The translations under genes were made by a program, and so were the position numbers. Source: Acidobacteriota bacterium (lineage in GTDB: Bacteria > Acidobacteriota > Thermoanaerobaculia > Gp7-AA8 > JAHWKK01). Taken from it: 64,000 nucleotides of DNA. The notes beneath the pieces were generated by a model. That model was not told the origin of the DNA. It saw nothing but the letters and a program-made list of their open reading frames with translations, and ran no database searches. Where the stretch lies: the NCBI GenBank assembly GCA_019347945.1, contig JAHWKK010000001.1, forward strand, positions 67,299-131,298, written 5' to 3'. Below, in pieces: positions 45,581-55,730 of the stretch (its first letter is position 1; every line of letters begins with the position of its first letter).

Positions 45581-45852
45581 CGCGTAGAGAGGACTCGTGC
45601 CGATGTCGCCGTATACGATCCCGAGGGCGCCAATCGAGAGGAGCAGCAGATATTTACCGCGCGGCTTTTCGTCTCCGTGAGCCAGAATGTTCCCCTGTCC
45701 GAAATCCCCGTCGAATGCTGTCCGGATTCGCTCTCGTCTCCGGAGCCGGTGGCCCCCGATCGGCGAGTCATCATAACAGAGAGGTTTTTTCGGTCGAGTG
45801 AGCCCGGTCGGCCCCCGAACGGTCTCAACGACGATGCTTTACCGTATCGGCT

Positions 45853-46920
45853 TCACTCCGAGACATCAGACTGGCCGCCGTCATAGACCGCGGCGATTCG
45901 ACGCGCGAGCTCGATCGGTTCACCCTCGTTGCGATTCGTCAGAACGATGACCGTCAGTCTGCGACCCGGATCTCGAAAAATCGCGGTGCGGAAGCCCCGG
46001 GTCTCGCCGGTATGCCATTGCGTTCGGTTCTCGAGACGCCAGCCGAATCCATAGCTCACACCGCTTCGATCGGTCGCCGTTGCGGGTGTGAAGGCGAGCT
46101 GCTGGAACGTCGCTCCCAGCAGGCTGCCGGTGGTGAGAGCAGCGTCCCACTTCGCGAGATCGTCAATCGACGAATAGATTCCGCCATCACCGAGCACCGC
46201 GCTGGTGAGGCTCTGATCGTCGAGCTTCCACACCTCGCCGTCGCGGCTGTAACCGTATGCACGGTCCGAAACCGTCGAGATGCCGCGCTCGAATGCCACG
46301 GAGCCGTTCATTTCGAGAGGCTGGAAGATGCGCTCACGAAGGAACGTCGCGAACGGCTTGCCGGAAACCTCCTCGACGACGAGCGCGAGAAGCGCATAGC
46401 CGGAGTTGCTGTACCGATACGCTGAGCCCGGAGGAAAGTATGTTTTCTCCACGCTCTCGAGGAGCTTCAGAACGTCGACGTCCCGGAGCTGCCGGGTGGT
46501 GTTGGCGGGAATGAGATCCTCGTAGTCGACGAGTCCGGACGTGTGCGTCAGAAGATGGTGGATCGTGACGGGCTCGACCGACGGAGGAAGTGAAGGGAGC
46601 CAGACGCGAATGCCGTCAGCGAGATCGAGTACCCCGTCCCTTGCGAGCATGAGGATCGCGGCCGCCGTGAACTGCTTGGTGACCGAGGCGAGGCGGTAGT
46701 TCGTGCCGGAGTGCGCAGCATCGCGCTTTTCGAGGTTGGCATAGCCCCAGGATTCGCGGAGAACGGGGTCGCCGTCTCGGAGTACTAGAACTGACGCGCC
46801 CGGAACTTCGCCCGAATACGCTCTCATGACGTCGTCGATTTGATGCGCCAGGTCGTCACCTCCACTCGCGCAACCGAAAAATACGAGAAACAGGGTCCAC
46901 AGCGTCGTCGATCGTCGCAC
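45853..46920 (-). CDS. Serine hydrolase, beta-lactamase/esterase (class C-like) family. Probable lipoprotein.
   Basis: The SxxK motif is ASVTKQF, and a YxN segment follows (YRYSNSGY). The GTG start at 46920 gives the signal peptide VRRSTTLWTLFLVFFGCASG. The ATG at 47067 would overlap the upstream gene. Confidence 0.75.
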   Translation of the reverse strand: MRRSTTLWTLFLVFFGCASGGDDLAHQIDDVMRAYSGEVPGASVLVLRDGDPVLRESWGYANLEKRDAAHSGTNYRLASVTKQFTAAAILMLARDGVLDLADGIRVWLPSLPPSVEPVTIHHLLTHTSGLVDYEDLIPANTTRQLRDVDVLKLLESVEKTYFPPGSAYRYSNSGYALLALVVEEVSGKPFATFLRERIFQPLEMNGSVAFERGISTVSDRAYGYSRDGEVWKLDDQSLTSAVLGDGGIYSSIDDLAKWDAALTTGSLLGATFQQLAFTPATATDRSGVSYGFGWRLENRTQWHTGETRGFRTAIFRDPGRRLTVIVLTNRNEGEPIELARRIAAVYDGGQSDVSE

Positions 46921-46930
46921 GGAAAAGATT

Positions 46931-47476
46931 CTACGGCGAGAGCTCGCCGCGATCCCGAATGAGACGTCCGCGAACGCCCGCCCAGTAGGTGAAGTAATAA
47001 CCGAGGACGACGGCTCCGAAAGCGAGAGACGTCGAGACACCGGCCGCAGCGAGCCATGACTCATCACTCGTGGTACCCCACGCGTGCCATCCCCGGTAAA
47101 AACCGTAGGTGATCCGAGTGACGACGACGATCGAGATCATGAGGATCAGCACCCGGTTCGGAGTGTAGTAGACGGTCTCCGGGGTCGCCTCCCACCGGGT
47201 GAGTGCGAGCCCGAGCAGACCGAGCAGCCCCCCCACCGCGAGCCCGATCAGCGAATAGGAAAATGCTCGCGGCGCGGAAATACCGATGATTGCCGCGGAG
47301 GTGAGGAACATCGCGATCGAGATCGCAATGCTGACGAGGTTGACGCTCGCCACCCATTTTCGCGCCCGCCTTCGGCTGGTCCCGCGCCGGAATCGCTGCA
47401 CGAGCGAGAACGGAATGCTGAGGAGCAGTAACAGAAACAGCGCGAACAGGGCGAGGATGGCGGCGAGAAGAGGCAC
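46931..47476 (-). CDS. Hypothetical membrane protein.
   Basis: 181 aa with four predicted TM helices. No recognisable family. Confidence 0.5.
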   Translation of the reverse strand: MPLLAAILALFALFLLLLLSIPFSLVQRFRRGTSRRRARKWVASVNLVSIAISIAMFLTSAAIIGISAPRAFSYSLIGLAVGGLLGLLGLALTRWEATPETVYYTPNRVLILMISIVVVTRITYGFYRGWHAWGTTSDESWLAAAGVSTSLAFGAVVLGYYFTYWAGVRGRLIRDRGELSP

Positions 47477-47646
47477 GCGGATGGGAGTGTAACCCCTGCA
47501 GGGCGCGGTTCAGAGCGGGGTTCCGGGTAGGCGACGACCGCGGGATCCGTCGGCCAGAACCGCCGAGTTGGGCGGGCCTGGAGAAGCCCTACCGAGCTCC
47601 GGGTCGTTCGTCCCCGCTTCGTCCCGGCAGGTCGTATGATGGCACC

Positions 47647-48690
47647 GTGGAAATGAAAGCTTTCGGACGCGACCGGCTCGAGATCGGCGACGATGGTGTC
47701 TTTCATCTGACTTGCCTCCACGCCAAACCGGGGTGGGTGGCTCGAAGGGTTGCAGACGGAGTCCGCCGGGACTTTCCGGGCACCTGCATCCGATGGCATG
47801 ACCAGTATTACGAGATCCGTGCGATCGAGCAGATGCCGGCAGGAGTGAGATACGCGCTGACGCCGTGGAGCGACGCTCACACGATGCGGACGATTCTCGA
47901 CTACGACGATGCGAGCGAACTACAGCGAGAAGCCGACCGGAAGGCGGAAAGAACGCGGAACACGAAGGCTGCCGGTTTCACCCTCGGCTCGATCGTCACC
48001 GGTTTTCTCCCCGCCGAGGTCCAGCTCGAGATGGAAAGCGACCTCGGCGTCTCGGGAGCACGCGCGACCCTCATTTCGGCAATCATTCCTTTCTTCGTCG
48101 GAGGCGTGGCGCTGATCGCGTTCATCTCCATCGCGTTCGGCGGAACCGCGTTCAGCTCTCCTCCATTGTTCTATCTGCCCGGGGTGTACTTTTTCTTCGA
48201 GTCTCTTGTGCGCGCGGGAGTGGCAATCGCGATGTCCCGGCCGATGGGATCGCTCCCGGTCGTGATCGTCTGGGAGATGGTCGCGGCCCTACGGGGAAAG
48301 CGGCCCGTCAGAGCGCCCGAGCCGCGATGGAAAATGGAGATCGACGAAGCGACCATCGATCGCGATGCTTACATTCAGAGAGAGCCCTTTCTCGCCTTGC
48401 TCTCCCCGAGAGAACAGCTCGCGCTTGCCGATCGTTACGGATTCGACTGGCAGGCGAAGGGAAGATCGAGCGCACTCTTCCTGCTCGTGTTTGCGGTGTT
48501 CGTCATCGTGGTGACCCTCGTACGACTCATGTCGAAGGCCATGGTTTTCAGCGACGTGGTGACGCTGATGGTGATGGGATATCTGATCTGGGAGCAGCTC
48601 GTTCGATTTCAGCGGCTTGCCGCGGGACATCCCGCAGGAAGCGTGTTCGGATTCCTGGTTCGTCTCTTTTCGCGCCGCTTGGTGCGCTGA
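47647..48690 (+). CDS. Hypothetical membrane protein.
   Basis: 347 aa with a soluble N-terminal domain and several TM helices. No recognisable family. Confidence 0.5.
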   Translation: MEMKAFGRDRLEIGDDGVFHLTCLHAKPGWVARRVADGVRRDFPGTCIRWHDQYYEIRAIEQMPAGVRYALTPWSDAHTMRTILDYDDASELQREADRKAERTRNTKAAGFTLGSIVTGFLPAEVQLEMESDLGVSGARATLISAIIPFFVGGVALIAFISIAFGGTAFSSPPLFYLPGVYFFFESLVRAGVAIAMSRPMGSLPVVIVWEMVAALRGKRPVRAPEPRWKMEIDEATIDRDAYIQREPFLALLSPREQLALADRYGFDWQAKGRSSALFLLVFAVFVIVVTLVRLMSKAMVFSDVVTLMVMGYLIWEQLVRFQRLAAGHPAGSVFGFLVRLFSRRLVR

Positions 48691-48744
48691 AAGCGACGAT
48701 TCAACGCTGTAATGAGCTCTTCATGCACTCTATGGGACAACTCA

Positions 48745-49536
48745 TCAACACTGAGTGCGGCGGCGAAGTTCGCCCGGAGTGACTTTCGAGGCGGCGCGGA
48801 GTGCTCGCGTGAGATGAGCCTGATCGAAGAAGCCGCAGTCGTGTGCGATTTTCGCGATCGGCTCGTTCGTCTCGAGGAGAAGACGCTCGGCTTCGAGCAG
48901 ACGCCGCCTTCGAATCTCTTCGCCGACCGATCGTCCGACCCACCTCCGGAACCCGGCGCTCAGGGTGGAGCGCCCCACTCCGGCCTGATCGGCGACTGTC
49001 TCCAGGCTGATTCGGCGGGCGTACGAGCGATCGATGAAAGCAACCGCCTCGGAAATCCATGGCGGAGGATCGTTCCGATGACCGAACCGGGAGAGCTTGA
49101 TCGAAAGGAGGATCGCCAGCGATTCCAGTGCCGGGTGGAAACCGGGCTCGCCGTACTTCAGCTCGGCTTCGAGCTCGAAGCGAAGACTTCGAAGCCACAA
49201 TGCCGGGAAGGGTGAGGGCTCGATCCGGGAGAGCTCGGGAAACCGCCCGGGAGCGAACGAAACGAGCAGTGCCAGCACTTCAACGTCAGACCGAAACTCG
49301 TTCTCGTGAGGGAGCGAGGGCGGTCGGAAAAGACTCGATCCGGGTCCAAGGCGGATGTCACGGCCATACCATCGCTCCACATAGTGCCCTTCGAGTATGA
49401 AGCACACCTGAGCCGAATCGTGCGCGTGCTCCGAAAGCCGGAGACCGCGAGGCATCGACACTTCGCCGACGCCGAGATCGTTGAGATCGTGCCATCGCAG
49501 CGTCGTTCCGAAACTATGATCTCCGGTCTGTTCCAT
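48745..49536 (-). CDS. AraC-family transcriptional regulator, cupin plus HTH.
   Basis: The C-terminal HTH_18 region is ISLETVADQAGVGRSTLSAGFRRWVGRSVGEEIRRRRLLEAERLLLETNEPIAKIAHDCGFFDQAHLTRALR. Confidence 0.8.
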   Translation of the reverse strand: MEQTGDHSFGTTLRWHDLNDLGVGEVSMPRGLRLSEHAHDSAQVCFILEGHYVERWYGRDIRLGPGSSLFRPPSLPHENEFRSDVEVLALLVSFAPGRFPELSRIEPSPFPALWLRSLRFELEAELKYGEPGFHPALESLAILLSIKLSRFGHRNDPPPWISEAVAFIDRSYARRISLETVADQAGVGRSTLSAGFRRWVGRSVGEEIRRRRLLEAERLLLETNEPIAKIAHDCGFFDQAHLTRALRAASKVTPGELRRRTQC

Positions 49537-49653
49537 CCTGCTGGAAGCGTCAACTGAATTCGTCGTTCACAACTTTCCCTCCGCCGTGAGAAGGAGGACT
49601 TTCCCGGCCGATCGTACAAAGGGCTCCGACGCCCGTCCAATCAACCGTCTGGT

Positions 49654-50118
49654 GTGGCGCCTATACTGGATGTGATCCTCCGGTCAGGAGAGGCGAAGAT
49701 GAAAAACCGGATTGTTAATTTTCTCGTCGGAGTGGGTGCGATGCTGGGTGGCTATCACGTGATCGTCGCGCTGACGATTCTCGGGTTCAACGGATGGCTC
49801 GAGGGTCGGAACCTCTACGGCGGAGGCGGAGCGCTTCTCCTGAAGGGGACTCTCGTGGCGGTGGTCGCGGGTCTCGCGGGAGGTATGGCGGCGGGGCTGA
49901 TCGGCTGGCGGTGGCCGGTGGTCGCGGCGTCGCTCGTTCTCCTGCCGCTCGCTCTCGACACGACCTACGTGCTGTTCATCGCGGAACGAAGCAGTCCTCT
50001 CTGGTTTGAAGCGATGGGGAGTCTCGCCCTGATGCTCTTCACCGTCGGAGGCGGGGTGATCATCGGACTTCTGAAGTCGCGCCTCGGCAGGGAAGAGAAG
50101 GCTCTCAGTCCGGCGTAA
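49654..50118 (+). CDS. Small hypothetical membrane protein.
   Basis: 154 aa with four TM helices and Gly-rich helices. Confidence 0.45.
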   Translation: MAPILDVILRSGEAKMKNRIVNFLVGVGAMLGGYHVIVALTILGFNGWLEGRNLYGGGGALLLKGTLVAVVAGLAGGMAAGLIGWRWPVVAASLVLLPLALDTTYVLFIAERSSPLWFEAMGSLALMLFTVGGGVIIGLLKSRLGREEKALSPA

Positions 50119-50135
50119 CCTCGATTTTTCCGCGC

Positions 50136-52304
50136 TCAGTCGGATTCAGGGGTGACGTAGATACCCGAGGGAGCACGGACGGGACGGCCCTGCTCGGTGA
50201 TCTCGATCGCCCGCCAGGAAGGAAGAGCCGGATTCGGCGAATAGACGACGAGGGCCTGCTTGCGGAGATCGTCGGCGATCTGTTCGAGAATTTCGGGGAG
50301 GTTGTCGAGCGAGTTGAGCCGGAACGATTTCGCGCCCGTGGCCCGGCTGAAATCGAGAAGTTTCTGCTGGGTCATCGAGCCGGACTCGGACGAACGTGCC
50401 CGCTCGCCGGAGTCGGAAAATGCGAGCACGTACACCGGGGCGCCGCTGCGGCGCGCGACTTCCTCGACGACGTCGAGGCCGAAGACGCTTCCGTTGTCGA
50501 TCCCGTCGCTGAGGACGACGAGCGCCCGGCGGGAGCCCGTCGAGCGGACGGCGAGGAGTGCTCCGATCATCGCGTCGTGAAGGACGGTCGCACCACCCGA
50601 ACTGAGCGAGAGAATCGTCCGCTCGATTCTACCCCGGTCGGAAACGGGCCACAGAACGCGAGAGCTCGACCGGAACGGCACGACCATGACGCGATCGCGC
50701 GAATCGAGATTCTTCTCCACGAACTGCAGCGCCGCTTCCTGAACGTCGAGGATGTGTTCGTTCATGCTCGCCGATGCATCGAGAAGCAGTGCGATCAGAA
50801 GCGGCGAGTCGTGAGAGGGGACGATCCGGTTGACAGGCCGAGTCTCGCCGTTTTCGCGTAGTGTGATGGCCGATGGGTCGGTCCGCTCGAGGTAGGCGGG
50901 TACCTCGACGAGATGCCGACCGGCCTGCAGCGGCCGATCCGCATAGTTGACGATCCGCACGTCCTCGGTGATGGTACCGTCGGTGAGGCGGAGCTCTGCT
51001 CGGAGATAGCCTTGTTCTCCTTGTGGAATCGTGAGCGTCGTGCGAAACGGAGGGGAGTCGAAGCGGGCGACCGGCCGGCCGTTCCATTCGACCGTCACCC
51101 GTTCGATTTCCTGCCCGGCCCCGGCGCGTACCATGACATCCACGTCGACCGGGCCCGAGAGTGTCGTCTCGACGGGAGAAACGATTCTGATCCACGGCGA
51201 ATCGTTCCGATCGTTGACGACTACGACATCCCGCTGGATCACATCTCCTTTCCTGTTGGAAGAAACGATCTCGAGCACGTGCCGGTCGGGCACTTCCCCG
51301 AAATCGACCGATGCGGTGAAAGGGGGCGACGTAGCGGTACCGACGAGCTTTCCGTCCAGCGAGTACTCGACCCGCGCCGTTTGCGGGTGAGGTTGTTCGG
51401 GTGCGATTGCGTGACGTCCGAAAACGATCCCGTCGGGATCTTCGAGGCCGGCGATTGCAGAGGGAAGATTGCGGGATCTCCGTAGTGCTTCTTCCGCTCG
51501 GGAAGTTTCGGCCGGCCTACGAGCGAACCGGAGTGCCCGCTCGAACGAGACGGCAGCCCCCGCGGGCTCCTCTCCGAGAAGCATCTCTCCGATCGCCATC
51601 AACGTCTCGTACCGGACGGCGTCGGATGCACCCTCGCGAGCGAGATATTCGAGCCGCCTGAGCGATCCGTCGAGACCGGTGGCTTCCGATGCGAGCACGT
51701 GAAGATGAACCTCTGCAAGCTGGCTGGTTTCCGCCGGCGCGTCCTCTCGGATCGATTCGAGAAGCTCGATCCCCCGGTCGCGATCTCCGAGTGTGATCAG
51801 CGCAAGCGCCATCTCGAGCTCCGATCGCTGGGAGTCCGCCGGCGCGCGAGCATGCATCTCCAGCAGGTGCGGGGTCGCATCGATCACGCGATTCAGAATA
51901 TCGGCGAGGCGGGCGCCGTCCGGAATCCCGTGCCATCGATGAACGAGCCGGCCCCCCGGGTCATGAACCGTGATGTGCGGAATGTCGCGGTCATCAAAGA
52001 TCGTCGTCGTGAAAACCATGTGGCGCAGACGTCTCCCGATCGACGGATGCAGGGCTGTCTTCGCAAAACGCTCACAGCGGTCGGCCCCACGTGCGCCCGC
52101 GCAATCCGCCGGGCGATGAAAGACGACGATCGGCTTTGCAGTTCTCGTCGCTGCTGCGATGAGCTCTTCACCGATGTGAATGTCCTGCGCTGCCTGAGCC
52201 GAGGCCGACGGCGTGACGGCGAGGAGCATGACGATCAGAGGGATTTCGGAAAACCGCCGCAGCGACGAAAAGGTCGCGGGACGCGCGTGATTGAATCGGC
52301 TCAC
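50136..52304 (-). CDS. Secreted multidomain VWA (von Willebrand factor A) domain protein.
   Basis: A signal peptide is followed by a thioredoxin-fold-like N-terminal domain, TPR-like helices and Ig-like domains. The VWA MIDAS region is LLIALLLDASASM...VVPF and VLSDGIDNGS. Confidence 0.7.
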   Translation of the reverse strand: MSRFNHARPATFSSLRRFSEIPLIVMLLAVTPSASAQAAQDIHIGEELIAAATRTAKPIVVFHRPADCAGARGADRCERFAKTALHPSIGRRLRHMVFTTTIFDDRDIPHITVHDPGGRLVHRWHGIPDGARLADILNRVIDATPHLLEMHARAPADSQRSELEMALALITLGDRDRGIELLESIREDAPAETSQLAEVHLHVLASEATGLDGSLRRLEYLAREGASDAVRYETLMAIGEMLLGEEPAGAAVSFERALRFARRPAETSRAEEALRRSRNLPSAIAGLEDPDGIVFGRHAIAPEQPHPQTARVEYSLDGKLVGTATSPPFTASVDFGEVPDRHVLEIVSSNRKGDVIQRDVVVVNDRNDSPWIRIVSPVETTLSGPVDVDVMVRAGAGQEIERVTVEWNGRPVARFDSPPFRTTLTIPQGEQGYLRAELRLTDGTITEDVRIVNYADRPLQAGRHLVEVPAYLERTDPSAITLRENGETRPVNRIVPSHDSPLLIALLLDASASMNEHILDVQEAALQFVEKNLDSRDRVMVVPFRSSSRVLWPVSDRGRIERTILSLSSGGATVLHDAMIGALLAVRSTGSRRALVVLSDGIDNGSVFGLDVVEEVARRSGAPVYVLAFSDSGERARSSESGSMTQQKLLDFSRATGAKSFRLNSLDNLPEILEQIADDLRKQALVVYSPNPALPSWRAIEITEQGRPVRAPSGIYVTPESD

Positions 52305-52385
52305 GAATACCTGAACAGGAAGAGTGGCCCCAGCGTTTCGTCGTGGCTGAAATGTGACCAGCGCATGCGCGCGACTGCGCGAATC

Positions 52386-53063
52386 TCAGGAGGAGACTCG
52401 TGCGACGAGCTTCCCGAATGGCCCTTCGATACGCTCGGCCATGACCGAGTATCCGGCGGCGTTCGGATGAATCTCGTCGCTCTTGAGCGAAGGGTTGCTG
52501 AGTATTCCGTCGAGCAGATCAGGGACGAACAGGCAGCCTTCGTCATCGGCAATCCGTTCGTACATCGCTCCATAGTTCGCGCTGATGCTCGGAAACTGGA
52601 AGCCGAGCAGGACGACCGCGGCACCCCGTTCCTGAATTCTGCGGATGATCGTTCGGAGGTTCTCTTCAGTCGTCGCGATCGGTACACTCCGCAGATAGTC
52701 GTTGCCGCCGAGGCCGATGATGACGATTCCGGGGTCCTGCGAGAGAACATCCTCTTCGATCCGCGCGAGCGCCGACTCGGTCGTATCGCCGCTGACGCCG
52801 GCGTTGATGATGGGGACTCCGGTGATTGCGGACAGCTTCGTCGGATAGTCGCCGCCCGGTCCGGCGCCGTAACCGGCCGTCAGCGAATCTCCGAAAGCGA
52901 TGATGGACGTCCCCGACGTATCGAGATTTCGCACGCCGGAAAGCGAAGACGGCCAGAGGAGGAACGCGATGACCAGGACCGCAGCAATCGACGCGATCGC
53001 AACGGGTCGTCTGTACCACGGCGTCTCCGTCGGACGTACAGGTCGTGATCGAACCGCGCTCAT
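52386..53063 (-). CDS. SGNH/GDSL-family hydrolase, arylesterase/lysophospholipase L1-like.
   Basis: Block I is IIAFGDSLTAGYG, block III is GGNDY and block V is DEIHPNAAGYSVMAERI. The start was chosen at MSAVRS (53063), which overlaps the upstream stop in an ATGA arrangement. The longer 447-aa ORF-track call is an Arg-rich artefact. Confidence 0.8.
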   Translation of the reverse strand: MSAVRSRPVRPTETPWYRRPVAIASIAAVLVIAFLLWPSSLSGVRNLDTSGTSIIAFGDSLTAGYGAGPGGDYPTKLSAITGVPIINAGVSGDTTESALARIEEDVLSQDPGIVIIGLGGNDYLRSVPIATTEENLRTIIRRIQERGAAVVLLGFQFPSISANYGAMYERIADDEGCLFVPDLLDGILSNPSLKSDEIHPNAAGYSVMAERIEGPFGKLVARVSS

Positions 53064-54373
53064 CGGTTCTCGGCGACGATTACGCTCCGGTCGATGCGTT
53101 GATTCGCGCGGACGGAGGCTTCTGAATCCTCTGAAAGATCGGTCGCTCCATTCTTCAGGCGGGCCCGAAAGATCTCGACGGCGGGCTCGCCCCCGGGCAC
53201 GGTGAGTGCGAGCCAGAGAAATCCATCGGCGACAGTCGCCCGGGGGAATCCGGATGTACGGCCTGCGTCGGTCGACCGGATGACGCGAGAGGGCCCCGGC
53301 GCGCCGCGGCTCGTCACGGACCGGGCCATGATCGCTGCGCCTTTTCCGTTTTCCTCGAGCCAGGTCACGACGGCCTCGTCGTCGGAGATCATTTCGACGT
53401 CGACGCGACCGAGGGGGCTTCTCTCGTCCACGCGGATCGGATCTCCGAACGTGCGGCCTCCGTCGGCCGAGAACGCAACGTTCACGCGCGGATCGCCATC
53501 CGCCTCGGTGTACCATGCAACTGCGAGCGCGTTCTCGCTGGCCGAGACCTGCGGACCGTTGACCGGGCACGCGTTGATGGTCCATCCGTCGTCGAAGAAG
53601 ATCGCTTCGCTGACGGAGCCGCCACGTTCCACTCGGGCCACGGCGATGTCGCGAACCTCCTCGTCGGAGCGGTCTCGCCAGGCGATCACGCTCGTGTCCC
53701 CGGTGATCGCCATTCCCGTAGTGCAGCATTCACACGTTCGCTCGTCGATGACTCTGGATTCGCGGACGGTTCCGTCGGGATCGACTCTTGCCCAGCGGAT
53801 CGTCATGTCCCCTCCACCGTGACCGTGGCCTCCGCTTCCCATCTCGCGACCGTCGAGCCAGGTGACGGCGATGCCACCGTCCGGATGAGGAGACATCGAC
53901 GCGAAGCCGTGCTCGGTGGGGGTGCCGTCATCATGTAGGACGAATGGTTCGGACCAGGTTTCGCCCCCATCTCCGGAGACTGACATCGTCACATCGTAGG
54001 CGTAGGTGGCTGGTGCCGACTTCTGCAGCCAGTGAGCGTAGAGGGTGCCGGAATCGTCGGCGATGAGGGATGGGAAGTCTGCCCAGTTCACGAAGAGGTC
54101 GGAGCGTTCGACGATCGTGATGGGATCGCTCCATCCGGTGGCGGAACCGTACCGCGCGAAGCGCACTCTGGCCGAGTCCTCGGAGCGTTCGATCCAGCTG
54201 AGAAGAGCCTGTCCGTCTGAAGAGGAGAAGTTCGGCGCCATTGAGCCCGGCCCGGCCGGGGAGGCGACCGGTTCGAATGAGATCTCCGTGGGCGGGAGAG
54301 TTGCGGAAAGAGACTGCTCCGAGTTGCAGGCAAGGGAGCCGGCCAGAACGAGAAGGACAGCGAAGATTCTCAC
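53060..54373 (-). CDS. BNR/sialidase-fold (exo-alpha-sialidase-like) lipoprotein.
   Basis: The signal and lipobox are LAGSLAC. BNR motifs SxDxGxTW are SVSGDGGETW and FSADGGRTF. Confidence 0.65.
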   Translation of the reverse strand: MRIFAVLLVLAGSLACNSEQSLSATLPPTEISFEPVASPAGPGSMAPNFSSSDGQALLSWIERSEDSARVRFARYGSATGWSDPITIVERSDLFVNWADFPSLIADDSGTLYAHWLQKSAPATYAYDVTMSVSGDGGETWSEPFVLHDDGTPTEHGFASMSPHPDGGIAVTWLDGREMGSGGHGHGGGDMTIRWARVDPDGTVRESRVIDERTCECCTTGMAITGDTSVIAWRDRSDEEVRDIAVARVERGGSVSEAIFFDDGWTINACPVNGPQVSASENALAVAWYTEADGDPRVNVAFSADGGRTFGDPIRVDERSPLGRVDVEMISDDEAVVTWLEENGKGAAIMARSVTSRGAPGPSRVIRSTDAGRTSGFPRATVADGFLWLALTVPGGEPAVEIFRARLKNGATDLSEDSEASVRANQRIDRSVIVAENR

Positions 54374-54422
54374 GGGAGGAGTTTATCAGGCTCGATGTGT
54401 CGCCCGGATGGACAACCCCTTA

Positions 54423-55730
54423 CTACCTCGTGGCGCAATGGACGCGTCGACCTCGAACATAGGCGGCGGCGACGGTTCGATCGTCGCCGGCGAAGATGCA
54501 TCCGGCGAGGAGGTCCTCGATCGATTCGGCGTTCCGGGTGCGCATTGCGAGAAGGTCGGTGGCTTCGAGATCGAGTGCGATGAAATCGGCTTCCTTCCCT
54601 GGCTCGAGGCTTCCGGTGACGTCGTCGAGATCGAGGAGCCGGGCGCCGTCGAGAGTTGCGAAGCGCCAAAGTCGCGCAGGATCGAGCGACCTCCCGCGAA
54701 CCTGCTGGACCTTGTAGGTGTCGGCCATCGCCGCGAGCATCGACGGAGTCGTTCCGGCTCCGACGTCGGTACCGAGGCCGATCCGGATGCCGGCGGACTC
54801 GATTCTGTCGAGAGGGAAGAGGCCGCTACCGAGGTAGAGATTGGAGTTCGGACAGTGAGAGATTCCGGCGCCTCGAGTTGCGATCGTGCGAAGCTCGGAG
54901 TCGTTGAGATGGATGCCGTGAGCCAGCACGGTTCTTTTTCGAAGAAGTCCGAAACGGTCGTAGACGTGGGTGTAGTCGATTTCGTCGGGGAAGAGCTCTC
55001 GGACGAGATCGAGCTCGGGAAGGCTCTCGGAGATGTGAGTCTGAATCCAGCAGTCGGGAAACTCTCGAGCGAGCGTGCCGGCCGCTTCGAGCAGATCCGG
55101 AGTGGAGGTGGGGCCGAAGCGGGGAGTGATGGCGTAACCGATGAGTCCTTCTGCCGCGCCGTGCCATTCTTCGAGCACCGCTCGGCTTCGCGCTATCGAT
55201 TCTGATGGGGTTTCGAGAAGGGAGTCGGGAGCATTCCGGTCCATCATCGTCTTGCCGATGATTGCCCGGATGCCGGAGTCTGCTGCGGCGCGGAAGAAAC
55301 GGTGCGTTGCCGCTTCGTGCACGGACGAAAAGAGCATGGCCGTAGTCGTACCGTGGCTCAGGAGAATCGGGAACAGCAGGCGCGCGATCTCCGATGCGTA
55401 CTCGGGATCGGAGAACTTCGCTTCGGTCGGGAAGGTATGTCGTTCCAGCCATTCGAGGAGGTGGCCTCCGTAGGAACCGATCATCTCGATCTGCGGAGCG
55501 TGAAGGTGCGTGTCTATGAAGCCGGGCGAGATGAGGTACCGGGAGGGGAGGTGGTGCACTGGTGCGCCGGTCTCGCTGTCCGGACCATCGCCCCAGGGAC
55601 CGACCGAGGAGATGCGACCCTGATCGACGGCAATCCGGCCATCCTCGAGCGAGAGGTGAGTGCCGTCGGAAAGGGGGGTGTAGATCCGGCCTCGTATCTG
55701 ATAGGAGCCGGAGGACGGGAAATGGTTCAC
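54423..55730 (-). CDS. guaD: Guanine deaminase, amidohydrolase superfamily.
   Basis: Signatures are ISPGFIDTHLHAPQ, HISE, GTDVGAGT and the spacing of the metal ligands. Confidence 0.8.
   Translation of the reverse strand: MNHFPSSGSYQIRGRIYTPLSDGTHLSLEDGRIAVDQGRISSVGPWGDGPDSETGAPVHHLPSRYLISPGFIDTHLHAPQIEMIGSYGGHLLEWLERHTFPTEAKFSDPEYASEIARLLFPILLSHGTTTAMLFSSVHEAATHRFFRAAADSGIRAIIGKTMMDRNAPDSLLETPSESIARSRAVLEEWHGAAEGLIGYAITPRFGPTSTPDLLEAAGTLAREFPDCWIQTHISESLPELDLVRELFPDEIDYTHVYDRFGLLRKRTVLAHGIHLNDSELRTIATRGAGISHCPNSNLYLGSGLFPLDRIESAGIRIGLGTDVGAGTTPSMLAAMADTYKVQQVRGRSLDPARLWRFATLDGARLLDLDDVTGSLEPGKEADFIALDLEATDLLAMRTRNAESIEDLLAGCIFAGDDRTVAAAYVRGRRVHCATR

Noticed and set aside
45508-45828. A 106-aa minus-strand ORF (MRPFGG...MMTRRSG...) called as a separate gene.
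   Set aside because: It overlaps the conserved N-terminal coding region of kup in another frame. It most likely reflects a frameshift in kup and not an independent gene.
51699-53729. Long Arg-rich ORFs at 51699-53048 on the plus strand and the 5' two-thirds of 52386-53729 on the minus strand.
   Set aside because: These are typical high-GC shadow ORFs. The real genes are the GDSL hydrolase (52386-53063) and the BNR protein (53060-54373), both with clear family motifs.
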